Shown here piece by piece: positions 30,253 to 32,000 of a DNA stretch of 32,000 nucleotides (position 1 is the stretch's first letter; each line of letters begins with the position of its first letter). A program made the position numbers and the translations under genes. The notes under the pieces were generated by a model, which was not told the origin of the DNA, made no database searches, and worked only from the letters and a program-made list of their open reading frames with translations. The stretch lies in the NCBI RefSeq assembly GCF_013177435.1, contig NZ_CP053627.1, positions 1,920,001-1,952,000 on the forward strand, read 5' to 3'. The stretch comes from Xylella taiwanensis. GTDB lineage: Bacteria > Pseudomonadota > Gammaproteobacteria > Xanthomonadales > Xanthomonadaceae.

Positions 30253-31254
30253 ATGGACGTCTCCTCCCTCCAGCGCGATCACCTCAGCGACACAGCGCTG
30301 ATCACCAGCGCCCGGCGCGTGATCGAGATTGAGCGTGATGCGCTGACGTTACTCAACGAACGGATCGGCGCACCCTTTGTAGCCGCATGCCGGCTGATTT
30401 TGGGTTCGCACGGCCGTGTGATCAGCACTGGCATGGGCAAATCCGGACACATTGCGCGCAAGATCGCCGCTACCTTAGCCTCAACGGGTACACCCGCATT
30501 CTTCGTGCATCCCGGTGAGGCTGGGCATGGTGACCTTGGCATGATCACTCACAACGACGTGATACTGGTGTTGTCCTACTCAGGCGAATCAGACGAAGTA
30601 CGGATGCTGCTTCCAGTACTCAAACGCCAGGGCAATCCAATCATCGCGATGACCGGCCGCGTGCAATCGACACTGGCTCAGGTTGCCGATGTGCATCTGG
30701 ATGTCAGCGTGACCACCGAAGCCTGCCCACTCGATCTGGCACCCACCTCCAGCACGACCACTTCGCTAGTGATCGGCGACGCACTCGCAGTCGCACTCCT
30801 GGATGCACGCGGCTTTACTGCTGAAGATTTCGCCCGCTCGCACCCGGCTGGTCACCTGGGCCGACGCTTGCTACTGCACATTACCGACGTGATGCATAGC
30901 GGCGATGACCTGCCAGCAGTGCATGAGGAGGCCACACTAAGCGAGGCATTACTCGAGATGAGTCGCAAGCGCCTGGGCATGACTGCGATCATTGACAACG
31001 AGGGCCGACTCCAGGGAGTGTTCACTGATGGCGACTTGCGCCGTGCACTGGACAGCGACATCGACGTGAGAAACGCACGCATCAACACCGTCATGACCCG
31101 CCATCCTAAAACGATCCACGCCGACCAGCTCGCTGCTGAAGCTGCACGATTGATGGAAGCCAATAAGATCAACGGTTTGATTGTGGTCGATGCGCAACAG
31201 CGTGCGGTCGGCGCGCTGAACATTCACGACCTACTGCACGCCAAAATCGTTTAA
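30253..31254 (+). CDS. kdsD: Arabinose-5-phosphate isomerase KdsD (SIS + tandem CBS)
   Basis: GRVISTGMGKSGHIARKIAATLASTGTPAFFVHPGEAGHGDLGMI is the SIS domain, and CBS pairs are at the C-terminus. I prefer the ATG at 30253 (333 aa), which gives an N-terminal length like E. coli. The track ATG at 30217 is only 25 nt from the divergent ibaG start and remains possible. Confidence 0.9.
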   Translation: MDVSSLQRDHLSDTALITSARRVIEIERDALTLLNERIGAPFVAACRLILGSHGRVISTGMGKSGHIARKIAATLASTGTPAFFVHPGEAGHGDLGMITHNDVILVLSYSGESDEVRMLLPVLKRQGNPIIAMTGRVQSTLAQVADVHLDVSVTTEACPLDLAPTSSTTTSLVIGDALAVALLDARGFTAEDFARSHPAGHLGRRLLLHITDVMHSGDDLPAVHEEATLSEALLEMSRKRLGMTAIIDNEGRLQGVFTDGDLRRALDSDIDVRNARINTVMTRHPKTIHADQLAAEAARLMEANKINGLIVVDAQQRAVGALNIHDLLHAKIV

Positions 31255-31273
31255 TGCTCTAGAAAAAGTACCG

Positions 31274-31822
31274 ATGCCCTATTCTCCGCTGCATACCCTA
31301 CCCATCGCTCTGATTGAGCGTGCAAAACGCATCCGTTTAGCCTGCTTCGACGTGGACGGCACACTCACTGATGGGCGTCTGTACTACGACCAAGCCGGGC
31401 ATGAAAGTAAGGCGTTCCATGTGCTCGACGGCCAGGGTTTAAAGCAATTGGAACAATGTGGCATCCGCGTCGCTCTGATCACCGCACTGAATAGCTTGGC
31501 CGCTAAAAAGCGTGCCGCAGATCTGGGACTCCACATCCAGATCGGCGTGCAAGACAAACGTTTAGCGGTGCAGACGCTAGCGATGGAATCAGGGATCGGC
31601 ATGGATGCTGTGTTATTTATGGGCGATGATCTGGCCGATTTACCGGCCCTACTCGCCGTCGGTCTGCCGGTGGCCCCGGCTAACGCCCACCCGTGGATCA
31701 CAGAGCGGGTCACTTGGCACACATGCGCCCGGGGTGGCGAGGGAGCCGCACGGGAAGTCTGCGATGTACTCCTGGCAGCACAAGACAAAGTCGACGCCCT
31801 ACTGCGAAAATTCGTGCGATGA
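31274..31822 (+). CDS. kdsC: KDO 8-phosphate phosphatase KdsC (HAD superfamily)
   Basis: 182 aa. The HAD motif I is CFDVDGTLTDG, and GDDLADL is also present. It follows kdsD. Confidence 0.9.
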   Translation: MPYSPLHTLPIALIERAKRIRLACFDVDGTLTDGRLYYDQAGHESKAFHVLDGQGLKQLEQCGIRVALITALNSLAAKKRAADLGLHIQIGVQDKRLAVQTLAMESGIGMDAVLFMGDDLADLPALLAVGLPVAPANAHPWITERVTWHTCARGGEGAAREVCDVLLAAQDKVDALLRKFVR

Positions 31823-32000
31823 GTTGGCGCAGCATTCTCAACATCATGCTATTGATCGCTGCGATTGTCAGCGGCTGGTCAGCTTGGCATCAACGCAAAC
31901 ACATGCAAGCCACGCCACCACAGGACATCACAACTGACTACACACTCCACGATTTTAAAATGGTCGCTCTGGATAAACAGACTGGCAAAGAATCGCTAAC
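31819..32000 (+). CDS. lptC: LPS export protein LptC, N-terminal part (runs off the right edge)
   Basis: Not in the ORF track. My translation from ATG 31819 (ATGA overlap with the kdsC stop) gives MSWRSILNIMLLIAAIVSGWSAWHQRKHMQATPPQDITTDYTLHDFKMVALDKQTGKESL. This is a single N-terminal TM followed by the DY..HDF start typical of LptC. The kdsD-kdsC-lptC order matches E. coli. Confidence 0.7.
   Translation, partial: MSWRSILNIMLLIAAIVSGWSAWHQRKHMQATPPQDITTDYTLHDFKMVALDKQTGKESL

Overview
This window looks like chromosomal core genome from a moderate-GC gammaproteobacterium of the Xanthomonadaceae, most like Xylella. That assignment rests on my recognition of the protein sequences, not on a search. 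I call 26 protein-coding genes, almost all housekeeping. In order they are: ftsK (partial), trxB, a DUF482/FemAB-like gene, aat, infA, clpA, clpS, nudJ, mnmA and hflD. Next come an EEP-family hydrolase, two tandem dsbA paralogues, engB, plant-type gshA, argD and a Kv-type K+ channel. The last ten are xerD, dsbC, purL, a small EF-hand membrane protein, murA, ibaG, kdsD, kdsC and lptC (partial). Three ATGA stop/start overlaps (nudJ/mnmA, murA/EF-hand gene, kdsC/lptC) support operon structure. I found no tRNA, rRNA, CRISPR array, IS element, integrase island or defence-type gene cluster, and I do not see a convincing novel multi-gene system. What stands out is reductive decay. A frameshifted cytochrome c4 pseudogene lies between dsbA and engB. 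A 1.46-kb AT-rich, ORF-poor gap sits exactly where conserved synteny predicts purB, and it still shows ordered, correctly spaced remnants of adenylosuccinate-lyase motifs. The non-coding gaps show strong C>G and A>T strand bias. Secondary leads: a C9/G9 homopolymer inside the lipoprotein DsbA paralogue, lipoboxes on both DsbA2 and DsbC, an EF-hand membrane protein translationally coupled to murA, a K+ channel with a C-terminal zinc ribbon, and an unexplained 0.9-kb gap after purL. All family assignments and comparison motifs are from memory, and no searches were run.
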